A stretch of DNA of 63,900 bases, counting the filler, from Octopus bimaculoides (taxonomy: Eukaryota): NCBI RefSeq assembly GCF_001194135.2. It is 6 parts of 6 records of this genome, joined end to end, with 100 filler letters (N's around TTAATTAATTAA, not from the genome) between each part and the next. Parts side by side here need not be neighbours in the genome. Positions count along the whole stretch, not along the records: positions 31,245 to 54,300 come from NC_069010.1; 5 more parts are not named here. One strand, 5' to 3'. Below are positions 39,701-52,684 of the stretch, one piece after another. The stretch's first letter is position 1. The number at the start of each line of letters is the position of its first letter. The notes below the pieces were generated by a model. It was not told where the DNA came from. It ran no database searches and was given only the letters and a program-made list of their open reading frames with translations. The translations under genes were made by a program, and so were the position numbers.

Positions 39701-41619
39701 TAAAAAGGCATAACTAGAGTTTAATACTCCACCGACTTTGTTGCCTCATAACTTCTAGAAAAAAGGGTACTTTCTAACGAAACTTCCACCAAATGATCGC
39801 TTATCTCCTGTNNNNNNNNNNNNNNNNNNNNNNNNNNNNNNNNNNNNNNNNNNNNNNNNNNNNNNNNNNNNNNNNNNNNNNNNNNNNNNNNNNNNNNNNN
39901 NNNNNNNNNNNNNNNNNNNNNNNNNNNNNNNNNNNNNNNNNNNNNNNNNNNNNNNNNNNNNNNNNNNNNNNNNNNNNNNNNNNNNNNNNNNNNNNNNNNN
40001 NNNNNNNNNNNNNNNNNNNNNNNNNNNNNNNNNNNNNNNNNNNNNNNNNNNNNNNNNNNNNNNNNNNNNNNNNNNNNNNNNNNNNNNNNNNNNNNNNNNN
40101 NNNNNNNNNNNNNNNNNNNNNNNNNNNNNNNNNNNNNNNNNNNNNNNNNNNNNNNNNNNNNNNNNNNNNNNNNNNNNNNNNNNNNNNNNNNNNNNNNNNN
40201 NNNNNNNNNNNNNNNNNNNNNNNNNNNNNNNNNNNNNNNNNNNNNNNNNNNNNNNNNNNNNNNNNGGATATATGACTGTTGTTTCTACCACATCCCAAAA
40301 CTTCCCGCCTTGTTTCTTTCTCACTCACACATCTCTTGATACTTTTCTCCCCATAAAAAAATTTTATGCATTGATGATGTCAGAATAACACTCTTGTAGT
40401 CCCAACCGAGCGAGGCCGTGTTACGTGTGTGTGTGTGTAGGAAAAAAACACCTAAAAATATCTTTAGTATTCATATTAATCTGTCAAATGTAATGCTTAT
40501 TTGTTCACGTTATTTGGAATCATTCAGTTTCAAGAGGACTGTCCTCTTTGCAATATTTGCTTGTAACTTTGTAAATTTTTTACATACAGATTTGAAATTT
40601 TGTTAGTGAGTGCTTTATATACCACTGGTTTATAGTTATGCCATTTTAGTTGATTTTGCTGAGTAAATTTGACTTTTATGGGCAGGAAAATTTAATCAAC
40701 AGGTGTAAAAGCAATAATATTATGGATAAACACTAAAATTGAAATTCTTAATGCATCTTACCTGTTTGATTTATTACTAAAATTATCCCAGATGGCAACC
40801 CACAGAAATTTTGCCACTTTTCATGATGAGGTACATTAATTTGAATTAATTAAAATACTAGTATAATTGGTACAAGATGTTATTCTTTCGCTAAATATTT
40901 CGTATCTCAGTGTGCAATAATTTTTTTCCACGGTCCTTTTGGTAAATTTTGATATTTTCACCCGCACAATTTTCACTAACAAAAAATGAATAATAAAACT
41001 AGGATTTTTTGCGTGGAATCAATTACCTTGACTTCCTAATGTGCGGCAAACCCATTATCTTCGTTCGGAAAAAATGGATGCGGGGAACCGGACACCCATC
41101 TGCCATCCCGGAATCATTGGGATTTTTTTCTCGTTGAATGAATTACGGAGATCTAATGTCACAAAACTGTTTTTTGGTTCGGAAAACGGGGTGGAACCCT
41201 CGGAAATTCACCCCACTCCACTCCCAACATTTTACAGAAATATGTTTTCCAGAGTGTGGATTACAGGGTTCGTTATAAAACATATAGAGAATGTGAATTA
41301 ATGTGCTAACATTTATATTGCGTATATTTTATTCTGAAAATATTTTTCCGGTCGTAGTGCATGCATATTTTGTTATGCAACCATAATATGCTACAAAGTA
41401 TATTAAACGTTTTTATAAGTCAATACCATGTAATACTGTGTTAGCAGTGTACTTAAATTGCGTGCTAAGGTCATCTATAGAAAATCTGTAGCGATGACCT
41501 TAATACGTGATCTAAGTTATGTGTTTTTGCATCATAATCATGCTGAGTAGTTTTCCTGTCACACTCCATAGCACATATATTTATTGTACTAAATCTATAA
41601 TTGTTTTATTTCCTGTCAG

Positions 41620-41684
41620 AATCTGCTGAACTAACTCATGATATTTACACTTTGATGACTTTAAATGAAATCATGAATGGAAAG
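41620..41684 (+). CDS. GCLC: GCLC internal exon (third from last)
   Basis: Acceptor tttcctgtcAG and donor GTaaaa. Reads (E)SAELTHDIYTLMTLNEIMNGK, matching human GCLC STELAAEEYTLMSIDTIINGK. Ends in phase 0, compatible with the next exon. Confidence 0.82.
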
Positions 41685-42204
41685 GTAAAAAATATTTTTA
41701 ATAAATTGGAAACAATTTTTTAAAATTTAGAATATAAACATCATAAATAATGATATTCAGAAACAAAAATTATCAGGAGCAATATTAAAAAAAATGTGGT
41801 TCTAATTACTCTTGCATAGATACTGAACAAAGTTCAAACTTAAAATCACTTAACCTGTTTGTGCTTTAAAATAGTACATATCTGCTAATTCAATTTATGT
41901 ATGTGTTCATATACACAGAGTAATGAATTTTGCTGCCTCTAATATACATTGAATACTTATGTGTAGTTTGTGTATGCTTCACTGTGTTTGTTTATACTTT
42001 TGTGTATGAATAGTGTCACGTAATATGAACATACATACAGAGGATTTTTATCACAAGAAGAATATTTAAATTCTTTACATATCTTTCTCCATTCTTTTAC
42101 CACAAAAATATCAATAACCATTTGGTCAACATCTCAATCAATTTCTAATCTGCGGGACAGAAAACTCAAACTATTTTCAATAATTTTGATTCTATTCTCA
42201 ACAG

Positions 42205-42322
42205 GATGATTTCCCTGGTTTAATTCCTCTCATACACAAATATGTTGATTATATCGACTACGATTTCAGTAAAAGACCTAAAATAATGCAATACTTGAAA
42301 TACATCTCAGACAAAGCTGCAG
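42205..42322 (+). CDS. GCLC: GCLC penultimate exon
   Basis: Acceptor ctattctcaacAG and donor GTgaga; 118 nt. Reads DDFPGLIPLIHKYVDYIDYDFSKRPKIMQYLKYISDKAA(G), matching human EGVFPGLIPILNSYLENMEVDVDTRCSILNYLKLIKKRASG. Confidence 0.92.
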
Positions 42323-42751
42323 GTGAGATTATTCATTTCCCTCAAAAGTAATGTTACTTTAAATATACAACATTTACCTGTTTCTTTCTTTTTCAATTAT
42401 AAAATATAATGTTAAGCTGTATTTTATCCCTGTAACCTCTATTATTAATAAAATATCACACTCCAAACACTTAACACTTATATGAAAGACAATGTGTGTA
42501 TATGCATGTGTGAATAGTATTCCTTCCAAATTATGTCTTGTGGTTAAATCATTCTACCATAGTTTGGTTTTAAACAAGATTTTCAAAACAATTATCACAG
42601 CTAAAATTAATAAAGAAAAGAAAGAGATAAAGCTTTATCTGTATCTGTTTGTACATCAGATCATGGGGATAGGATATTGTTACAGAATACAGCAAAGAAT
42701 TTCCATATAAAATAAATAATAAACCATTTATTATTTCAATTTGTTTTATAG

Positions 42752-42915
42752 GAAAGATAATGACAATGGCCCAATGGACAAGGCAATTTGTTAGAAATCA
42801 TGAAGAGTACAAGAATGATTCTGTTGTCAGTGACAGAATCACTTATGATTTTATTGTGGAATGTGAAAGCATTGTCAACAATGAAGGACTTCCACAAGCG
42901 TTTATCAAGAGTTAA
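42752..42915 (+). CDS. GCLC: GCLC last coding exon
   Basis: Acceptor ttgttttatAG; phase 1 junction completes GGA. Reads (G)KIMTMAQWTRQFVRNHEEYKNDSVVSDRITYDFIVECESIVNNEGLPQAFIKS*, matching human GELMTVARWMREFIANHPDYKQDSVITDEMNYSLILKC. Stop TAA at 42913-42915. Confidence 0.93.
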
Positions 42916-42971
42916 CAAAATTCCGACAACTTCATCTGAAATATAATCAGTTACGAGCTACACACAGCTTA

Positions 42972-43678
42972 ACCTACAAAACTGTGTCCCCACCCACAAC
43001 TTTGTCTCCTGATAACTTCTAGAACAATGGATATTCTTTTAGCAACATTTTCTACAAATACGCTTCAGATGCTGCAGATTATGATTATATCAGAATTTGA
43101 TGTGAAAACAAAATCTTTCTGAAGGTGAGGAGAGGAGTTTCAGAAAATTCACACAAGACATTTTTCCTCATAACTTTCAGAAAAATGAGTATTCTTGAAT
43201 GAAATTTCCTCCAAATTTCCTTCCACATAATGTAGATTACAATTATATAAGAATTTAAAATGAAAAAGATGGTGGACTTGCACGCAAACATACTGACACA
43301 CATTACACATCTACAAAATGAAACTTGAAATTTCTAACAAATATTGTGATATATGTTAGTCTGTATGTGTACATGCCCAGCAATTTTATTTTTCACATTA
43401 AATTTTGATGTAAGCATAATCTACACCATCTGAAATGTATTTGTAGAAATTTTCATTAAAAACATCCATTTTTCTGAAAGTTATGTAGAAGAAAAGTTGA
43501 CTCGTGTGAATTTTCCGAAACTTCTCACCCCTGGAAAAAATATTTTTTTACAACAAAATCCAATCGAATAATAATCTACACAGCCTGAAGCATAATTGTA
43601 GAAAATTTCATTGACAAATATCGATTTTACTGGAAGCTATGAGGAAAGAAAGTTGGTGGTGGGCACAGTTTTGTAGGT
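42972..43678. mobile_element. Foldback/MITE-like element with ~285-bp imperfect inverted arms just after the GCLC stop
   Basis: 42972-43258 (ACCTACAAAACTGTG...) matches the reverse complement of ~43400-43678 (...CACAGTTTTGTAGGT). Each arm contains two ~135-bp subrepeats. Confidence 0.8.
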
Positions 43679-45654
43679 ATGTCCTACACATAATATATAA
43701 CCTACATAACTATAATATAACTTTTATCTTACTTGTTTCAGTCCATTAGATTGTAGCCTTGATGGAACAGCAGGTTGAGGAATTTTAGTCAAACTAATCA
43801 ATGCCAGGACTTATTTTCTTTTTAAGGCACTTTTTGCCAAACTATTAAGTTACGGGGACGTAAACACACCAACACTAGTTGCCAGGTGATGGTGGGGTGG
43901 GGTGCAAACACAGACACACATATAGTTAATCCAAAAAATGGAGAAAAAGGTAAAAAGAAAAAAACAACAACGCAAGGACGTGGTACATGCAAAGTATTAA
44001 CAAGACGCTCAGAGAAGGAAAGAGTGGTTGTTTTACGTTTTGAGTAAACCTTTTCTTGGGAAACAGGGGACATAGGAAAGTCCAAAAGAAAAAGGAAGAA
44101 CAATACAAAAAAGAAACGGCCAACTGTCCACATGTAGGCTCCTTTCAGTTTCCATATACCAAATTAACTCACAAGGCTTNNNNNNNNNNNNNNNNNNNNN
44201 NNNNNNNNNNNNNNNNNNNNNNNNNNNNNNNNNNNNNNNNNNNNNNNNNNNNNNNNNNNNNNNNNNNNNNNNNNNNNNNNNNNNNNNNNNNNNNNNNNNN
44301 NNNNNNNNNNNNNNNNNNNNNNNNNNNNNNNNNNNNNNNNNNNNNNNNNNNNNNNNNNNNNNNNNNNNNNNNNNNNNNNNNNNNNNNNNNNNNNNNNNNN
44401 NNNNNNNNNNNNNNNNNNNNNNNNNNNNNNNNNNNNNNNNNNNNNNNNNNNNNNNNNNNNNNNNNNNNNNNNNNNNNNNNNNNNNNNNNNNNNNNNNNNN
44501 NNNNNNNNNNNNNNNNNNNNNNNNNNNNNNNNNNNNNNNNNNNNNNNNNNNNNNNNNNNNNNNNNNNNNNNNNNNNNNNNNNNNNNNNNNNNNNNNNNNN
44601 NNNNNNNNNNNNNNNNNNNNNNNNNNNNNNNNNNNNNNNNNNNNNNNNNNNNNNNNNNNNNNNNNNNNNNNNNNNNNNNNNNNNNNNNNNNNNNNNNNNN
44701 NNNNNNNNNNNNNNNNNNNNNNNNNNNNNNNNNNNNNNNNNNNNNNNNNNNNNNNNNNNNNNNNNNNNNNNNNNNNNNNNNNNNNNNNNNNNNNNNNNNN
44801 NNNNNNNNNNNNNNNNNNNNNNNNNNNNNNNNNNNNNNNNNNNNNNNNNNNNNNNNNNNNNNNNNNNNNNNNNNNNNNNNNNNNNNNNNNNNNNNNNNNN
44901 NNNNNNNNNNNNNNNNNNNNNNNNNNNNNNNNNNNNNNNNNNNNNNNNNNNNNNNNNNNNNNNNNNNNNNNNAGTTTGATAAATAGAAATAAATATACGT
45001 ACCAAACAAATAAATATTGGAGCTGATAACTAAAAACCTTTAACCCCATCAGTGTATTCTTCAGTTGTTTTATTTCAAGCGATATTTATTAAATTAATAC
45101 TGTTAATGACTTTTACTAATATAAAACGTACTTTTAATCAATACTTTTTATTATAATGACTTTTTTGAAAACAAATAAAATATAGTGAAAGTTGTTGAAA
45201 ATTTCTTAAAATATAGTTCTTGAAAATCGATCATTAATTTGTTGTGAGGTTTAAAAATTTCAATATTTCTATTTGATACAAAACTCTTGTCTGTTCCAAT
45301 ATACTTAGGGCATATTTGAACCTTTAAGAAAGCTATTTACTGTATGTTGTGATGGAGAAAATTTTTCACTGAAGACAAATAGGTGTATGAATGTGTGTGT
45401 GTATTTTGTTATATTTTGGGATGGTCAGTTTTTTCTTCTTTTTTTTCCAAATAAACACATGCACCATATATTCGTTCTTCATTCGTTTAATTACTGTTCT
45501 TATCTTAACTGATGTCCGTTATCTGGAAATCTTTTGTCACACATCTGTGACCTCTTCAATGAAACTTTCCATCCTTGTTTATGCTTCTGCCCTGCTTAGT
45601 CCAGTTTGTTCTTCTATGATGTGTATCCTTATGTGCACAGGCCTCACAAAGGCA

Positions 45655-45935
45655 ATGACGAATGACCAAGACTCCTGGCATTATGTTGTGCTTGAGAAAA
45701 AGATCTATCAAACCAAGTAAAATTGTATTCATGGCAGATACTGGTGTCGTACCAGTGGCACAAGAAAACACCCATTACATTCTCGGAGTGGTTGGCGTCA
45801 AGAAAAGCATTTAGCTGTAGAAACCATGCCAAATCAAAATGGAGTCCGGTGTAGCCTTCCAGCTTGCCAGTCCTGGTCAAACAGTACAACCCATGCTAGA
45901 ATGGACAACGGACGTTAAATGATGATGATGATGGG
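45655..45935 (+). mobile_element. SINE 3' portion ending in (ATG)n
   Basis: GGAGTGGTTGGCGTCAAGAAAAGCATTTAGCTGTAGAAAC (V-SINE-like, from memory)...GGACGTTAAATGATGATGATG. Confidence 0.6.
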
Positions 45936-46429
45936 GAGGAGGATGTATGTGTGTGTGTGTGCGCATGTGTGTCTATGTGTTTGGCGTGTGTGCTCATGTG
46001 TATATATATATATGGGCTTGTGCCCTTTATGTCGTTATCACTATCATCGTTGTTCTTAGTGGTACCCTGAATCTCCCCTCACCTACGTTTTTTCTTCTGT
46101 TGCTGCTGCTGTGGTTCTTGACCCTTACTTTTGATATTGTTCTCGTATCTTTCTGTGTTTGTGTGTTCGTTCATGTTGTCATCATGGCTGTTGTTGTTGC
46201 GGCCGTTTGTGAAGTCACAATATGTGTGTTTGTGTGTGTATATGGGGTTGCTTATTATGTTTGTATCCATGGCGTTTGTATATTTTTTGTTGTTTACTTA
46301 TTTATCTGTATTTCTTATATTTATCATATTTATGTGCATTTTTGTCTTTTGCCTATGTATTACATTCTTTGTACCTGTCCCTTTTCTAATTTTCTCCCTT
46401 CTGTCTTTATTCATTGTGTGGTGTGTTGA

Positions 46430-46990
46430 TGGGAGGTGTTATTGTTCCATTCATTTTTTCTGGTGAGGCTCAGTTTGTCTATTACTATGTGTGTGGCCTC
46501 TGTAATCTGTCTAAGTGTCATATCGTTTCTATCCATTGATAATACCTTAATCTCTGTTATTAACTGAGCTTCTATGTCCTGCTTGCGCATGTTGGTAGAG
46601 CACTGACAAGCCTTCCCTCTGTTTGAGCTCCTGCCAGTGATCGCCTATTCTCTCCCCTATGCGGCATGCTGTCTCTCCAATGTAAGTTGTCTTGTTTCTG
46701 CACCATCCCTCAGTACATCGTAAGCTATAAACTATATTCCTAATATTGCAGTTGACCTGTGGGTTCATCCTACATACTATACAATTGTTCTCCATACATG
46801 AGGACCTATCAAAGGGATAAATTCTACAGATCAGGGATATTATAGGGGCTCCAGCCCATTCTAATACTTTAATGCATAGATAAACCTTATCTGATGCTTT
46901 TCTAAAACGTTATGCTAGTTCGTTGTCAGGAGTAGCAACAATTCTAGTATTTCTGTTTTCATACCATGAGTTGGCCTTATCTATCTTGGC
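46430..46990 (-). mobile_element. Penelope-like element 3' fragment (GIY-YIG endonuclease)
   Basis: ATPDNELA...IKVLEWAG...NCIVCRMNPQVNCNIRNIVYSLRCTEGWCRNKTTYIGETACRIGERIGDH...LRQITEATHI...RKNEW. Confidence 0.85.
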
Positions 46991-47029
46991 AATCTTTCGT
47001 TTTGTCTTGACAGCGTGTGCCCGCAGCTC

Positions 47030-47605
47030 AGCTGTTACCATATGACGTTCGGTAAAGTCCGTAAAAACTTTATTTTAATTCATTTTTGTGGCTGGAAATG
47101 TACATTTCGTTTGATGTCTGCATGAAGTGAAAGAAAGAGGAAATTGACAGAGACGTGTGTATGTGTGGATGGGGCTGCGACGCAGAANNNNNNNNNNNNN
47201 NNNNNNNNNNNNNNNNNNNNNNNNNNNNNNNNNNNNNNNNNNNNNNNNNNNNNNNNNNNNNNNNNNNNNNNNNNNNNNNNNNNNNNNNNNNNNNNNNNNN
47301 NNNNNNNNNNNNNNNNNNNNNNNNNNNNNNNNNNNNNNNNNNNNNNNNNNNNNNNNNNNNNNNNNNNNNNNNNNNNNNNNNNNNNNNNNNNNNNNNNNNN
47401 NNNNNNNNNNNNNNNNNNNNNNNNNNNNNNNNNNNNNNNNNNNNNNNNNNNNNNNNNNNNNNNNNNNNNNNNNNNNNNNNNNNNNNNNNNNNNNNNNNNN
47501 NNNNNNNNNNNNNNNNNNNNNNNNNNNNNNNNNNNNNNNNNNNNNNNNNNNNNNNNNNNNNNNNNNNNNNNNNNNNNNNNNNNNNNNNNNNNNNNNNNNN
47601 NNNNN

Positions 47606-47688
<83 letters not shown>

Positions 47689-47985
47689 TTCATGTATGGG
47701 TAAAATGGCTAGGATTGGTCACACATGCACACAAACATATACGTACACCCATAGATACATAAATAACAACACACATCTTCTGTCTGTCTCTCTTTCACAT
47801 ACACACATAGCACACACTTTCTGTCCTGCACCCCCATCAACACATACACACGTCCCTGTCAAATTCCTCTCTCTTTCACTTTATGCTGACATCAAACGAA
47901 ATGTACATTCCCACCCACAAAAATAAAGAAATAAAAAATTCTTGCGGAATTTACCGAACGCTGTATCTTAACACCTGATTGGGTC
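47030..47985. mobile_element. MITE-like element with ~140-bp inverted arms around microsatellite and gap
   Basis: 47030-47170 (GTTCGGTAAAGTCCG...ATGTACATTTCGTTTGATGTC) matches the reverse complement of 47838-47985. Confidence 0.72.
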
Positions 47986-48061
47986 AGCTGTGTCGCTGAC
48001 AGGTCTGAGAGTTATATCGAACTATCTGGGGTTGCACGTAATATATATATGAAATGTTCCC

Positions 48062-49510
48062 TTTGTGGTAACTATCGTGGCATCTCTCTGCTTTCAATCG
48101 CAGGCAAGATCATCGTTCGAATCTTGTTACAACGTCTCCAAGTGGTAGCTGAGTCAGTCTTTCCTGAGTCATAGTGTGGTTTCAGAAGGTCAAGAGGTAC
48201 CATCGACATGATCTTTTGTGCACGTCAGATCCAGGAGGACAGCCCGGAGCAACAGAAACCTGTCTTTTTCATCTTCTACGAGTTGGAAAAAGCTGTCGAC
48301 AGTGTCCAAAGAGAGGTCATGTGTGATATCCTGCATCGTTATGGTTGGTCCTGGATGCTTCATTTCGCTGATCAAGGGTTTCCATGATGAAATGAGGGGA
48401 AGAGTCCTTTATCAGACTGACATCTCTGAAGAATTCAAGATCACCTGTGGCCTGAAGCAGGGATGTGTTCTTGCTCCAACCCTGCTTTCTCTCTACATCG
48501 CTGCCATGCTCTCCGAAATTCCAACAGACAACCCCGGAGTGAAACTCAGACGTAGATTTGATGGCAGACTTTTCAACATCTTGCGTTTCCAATCAAGACT
48601 GTCGAGAGCACAAAATCACTGAGCTTCAATACGCCGATGATAACGCAGCCCCAGCTTCAACTGCAGAGGACTTCCAAACCTCAACAAACAACTTCAGCAG
48701 AGCTTATCAAACCTTCGACCTGAAAGTGAACATCGCCAAAACCAAAGTGCTCGCTCAACCAGCTCCTCGTACCAAACTTGACAACCCCAACATCACCATC
48801 GACAACCAATCAATTGACGTCGTCGACGATTTCTGCTATCTTGGAAGTTTTCTGTTATCCACTGCAGGATCTGGTAAGGATATCGAACATCGCATCCAAT
48901 CCGGTCATGCCTCGGGTCTTTTACAACAAGGATCTGACATTCAAAACGAAGCTCATGGTCTATCGGGCTGAAACCTGGACTGTTAACGGTAAAGAAATGA
49001 AGAAACTAGAGCGCTTCCATCAATCTAAACTTTGCTCTATCTTGAACATCAACTGGGAAGATCGCATCACCAACAACTCTGTGCTTGAAAGATCAGGTCT
49101 CCTGAGAATCGAAGCCTAGATCATTGAACATCGTCTCCGATGGTCAGGTCGCGTCCGTCGGATGAATGAACACCGCCTTCCAAAGATCTGTCTCTACGGT
49201 GAACTGTCTGAAGGAAAACGTCCGTATGGAGCCCCCTTGAGGTGGTACAAGGACCAACTCAAATCAACCCTGAAAAGCACCAACATTGACCCTACACACT
49301 GGGAAGACATCTCAGCATAAGTCCCATCTGGAGACACACCTTCAAAACGGGTTCTGTGGACTTCGAGAAAGCCCGAGTCACAAGAGCTGAACTCAAGAGA
49401 CGGGAGAGAAAGCAGCGCCTTCTCCTTCCCAAACCAACCCCTTCTATCCCTCGTCCACAATGTCCCCATATGTTTCATGCAACCCTTGGATTGCGGTTCA
49501 AACACTCAGG
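48062..49510 (+). mobile_element. RTE (BovB-like) LINE, decayed RT to C-terminus
   Basis: CGNYRGISLLSIAGKII...CGFRRSRGTIDMIF...GLKQGCVLAPTLLSLY...ITELQYADD...LKVNIAKTKVL...FCYLGS...RLPKICLYGELSEGKR. Confidence 0.92.
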
Positions 49511-49723
49511 AAAATGAAATGGATTGCAAGCTCGGAAACACAAGATGCAGCAAACTACTATATAAAATATATATGAACAATACTAAAACAGTTGACGAAA
49601 AATATGTAAAATGCTAAGACAATTGACCAAAAATATCTACAAGAAAATTCTAATTGATAAATATAATTTTTTCAGAAAAAGTTTTTAAAATGCTAGTATA
49701 CACTAACAAAACGTAAGGGTGAG

Positions 49724-49775
49724 GTAACGCGCAGTTGAAGTAACGCGCAGTTGAAGTAACGCGCAGTTGAAGTAA
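49724..49775. repeat. Perfect 16-bp minisatellite, GTAACGCGCAGTTGAA x3 plus GTAA
   Basis: Read directly from the sequence. Confidence 0.9.
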
Positions 49776-50644
49776 ATCTCGTTGTGAGAAGAATCAACAC
49801 AACATGTGGTTGTCATGGTAACTAGCTGTTAATGGCTCGCTGTCTGTTGATCGGCTAAAATTAGCCAAATTTGCCAAACTTTATTTCCAAATAACATCAG
49901 ATTTTTTAATTTACAAGATAAGGTAATTAGTCGAAAACAAGCTGAGCAAAATTAAAGGAGGCTGATTTTGTGACTGAAACAGATTAGATCCTCCAGTGCA
50001 GCTATCACATAATCATTTAAATATTTTTTGCTGCTTTTATTCCCTCTTAATAAATTTTCATTCAGTTATTTGTTGTATGATACGAAACTAACATAAAGTT
50101 AGGAAACGAAAATGCTAACAGTTGTTACTATTAAAATTTAAGCAAACGAAATAAAAATAAACATTCAGTCTGANNNNNNNNNNNNNNNNNNNNNNNNNNN
50201 NNNNNNNNNNNNNNNNNNNNNNNNNNNNNNNNNNNNNNNNNNNNNNNNNNNNNNNNNNNNNNNNNNNNNNNNNNNNNNNNNNNNNNNNNNNNNNNNNNNN
50301 NNNNNNNNNNNNNNNNNNNNNNNNNNNNNNNNNNNNNNNNNNNNNNNNNNNNNNNNNNNNNNNNNNNNNNNNNNNNNNNNNNNNNNNNNNNNNNNNNNNN
50401 NNNNNNNNNNNNNNNNNNNNNNNNNNNNNNNNNNNNNNNNNNNNNNNNNNNNNNNNNNNNNNNNNNNNNNNNNNNNNNNNNNNNNNNNNNNNNNNNNNNN
50501 NNNNNNNNNNNNNNNNNNNNNNNNNNNNNNNNNNNNNNNNNNNNNNNNNNNNNNNNNNNNNNNNNNNNNNNNNNNNNNNNNNNNNNNNNNNNNNNNNNNN
50601 NNNNNNNNNNNNNNNNNNNNNNNNNNNNNNNNNNNNNNNNNNNN

Positions 50645-50690
<46 letters not shown>

Positions 50691-50799
50691 AGATAGATAT
50701 AAACATAAAGAAAAAGATAAATACATAGGCAGATGAACACGGTAGAGATAGATAAATTGATTGATAGATAAACAGTATTGATTGCTTCTTCTGATGTTT

Positions 50800-52370
50800 A
50801 GTTTTGAGGGCTCATGTTTCTAGTGATTTGTCAAGCATTTCAAAGTAGTCTTGTCAGGTAGCAAGGCTTGCGATGATAGCTCTGAATAATCTTCAGCTTT
50901 ACACACTTGGTCACTGAACCAGTGATCATCCCAGTCACATGAGATGTACAGGTAGACCATCTACAATCTCTCACATGTGGCATGCGGTAAAATGCAAGAA
51001 GGGCTAAGATTACTTGTGAATGCTATCTAGTAATACTGATGTATGGAATTTTCTGAAACTTGATGAAAGATATGTCTCCCTTTCCATTGAAGAACCTGAA
51101 GGCACAGGTTAAGTGAAGAACAGAAACTTCATAGTATCTCTCTAACCAGCTTGATCTTTAATGACATAAGTTCCATTCTGAAGGGAGCCTTGGAGTTCTT
51201 CATAACTTGTCATGAGTTCTTTGACAAGAAAATATTCAATGTTGGGTTAATTGCTTGTGCCTGCTAGTTCTTCATCCAGAACAATGGGCATGATTATGTC
51301 CAAGACATGGTGTTGGCAGTTCACAAATTGTGGCTTGCCATAGCCTTTTCTCAAAAATGTTCTCTGCAGTCAAACTACTACCCCACTCTTTCATCCTGTA
51401 TTCACACTCGTCGTATCAGTAATAATCATTGAGATTGCACCCAAGTGAAATTCGTCCAAGACACTTTTCAATCCATCTATAATGGTCTCAGCCTTGCCAT
51501 CACTCAGCTTCACTTGTTTCATTCTGGATGACAACCGCTTGATATTCATTTCTGTCCATACATTTACCATCAAAATGCAAGCTCCCTTTCTGATTGTGTA
51601 GCAAATCGATCAAGTGTTTCTTCATTTCACCAGTTTTCTTGAACGGTGCATTGTGAAAGCCTTGCTGACTTGGAGTTGGGATATCAATGCTCTCCTCTGA
51701 CAATTGTTTGTAGATTTTTGCAGCTTTCTTGGTCGAGACATTTGTTGCTGTTACAAGTCTCGTACCAATTGCAGATTTGTTGTGCCTTCTTGTGGAGGAA
51801 TTAGTGCTATCACTATCATTTTGATCAACTCTGTCATCTTCCCTATAATTGTACTCTTCAATCTCTTCTTCTTCAGAGTCCCTGTCAGTATCCAGGGCTG
51901 TTGAGTTTGATAAAGAACAGGTGGCTTCAAAATCAACACATCTTCTCTTGAAAGGGTGGATAGTGTGCTTGGTTGCTTGCAGCTTTGCTTCTCGAATAAC
52001 CCATTGTACCCTTGCTTTGGAGTTGGATGGAGTACAGTGTTTTGTCATCAGAATTGATTCATTGACTGAGGACTTTTGCAATATTGAACAGTTCTTCTAA
52101 TGACTCAAATTTTCCTTTCTTGGTGCATTTGTCATACAAATGAAGCACATTTTCAAGCTTAGAAATGATTGGAAAATTCAGTTTATCTCCACAGTAGTGT
52201 CACTTCTTTTGATAATTCCGCCACTCTCTCCTTTCCACCTTTAATTGATTTTCCCAAGAAACTGGTACTAATCAACAATCTTCTCCTTGGGTAGCATTTG
52301 GCTTCTACTAGCCTGTGAAGCTTCTTCTACAGACACGCGACCTCTAGATGAATGGGACTGGAACTGCACC
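50800..52370 (-). mobile_element. Decayed DDE transposase, hAT-like group (resembles hATm; superfamily uncertain)
   Basis: ORF 51500-52081 contains SLHFDGK. It continues DGKAETIIDGL...IITDTTSVNTG*KSGVV...FVNCQHHVLD, a CxxH/CxHH-type motif. Confidence 0.7.
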
Positions 52371-52684
52371 AAATAGTGTTTGGGTAGGTAGATAAAAACA
52401 AAAGCACCTGGAAGCATCCCTGATCTGGGCACTGGCACATGCTGGACTGTGTTATAACTAAAGCCCAGGATTGCAGTGATTTCTGATTAACCAGAACTCA
52501 AAAAACTCCCAAGTTTTACTTGGATCAAAGAATAGTCCACAGCAAGGTATTTGTTAAACCATTTGCAAAGAGGCCACTGAAATCCAGTTTACATCCAAGA
52601 ATAAATGTTGTTTCTTTAAAAAAAATCCAGAAAAAAAACAAAACATTTTGAAATACATTTAAATTAATAACTTTCAGAAATAGA

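Noticed and set aside
40791-40830. AG-ATGGCAACC...GATGAG-GT as an extra GCLC exon
   Set aside because: There is a stop in the frame required to join 41620, and the other frames do not resemble GCLC.
49724-49775. 16-bp direct repeats as a CRISPR-like array
   Set aside because: There are no spacers and no cas genes, and the context is eukaryotic. It is a plain minisatellite.
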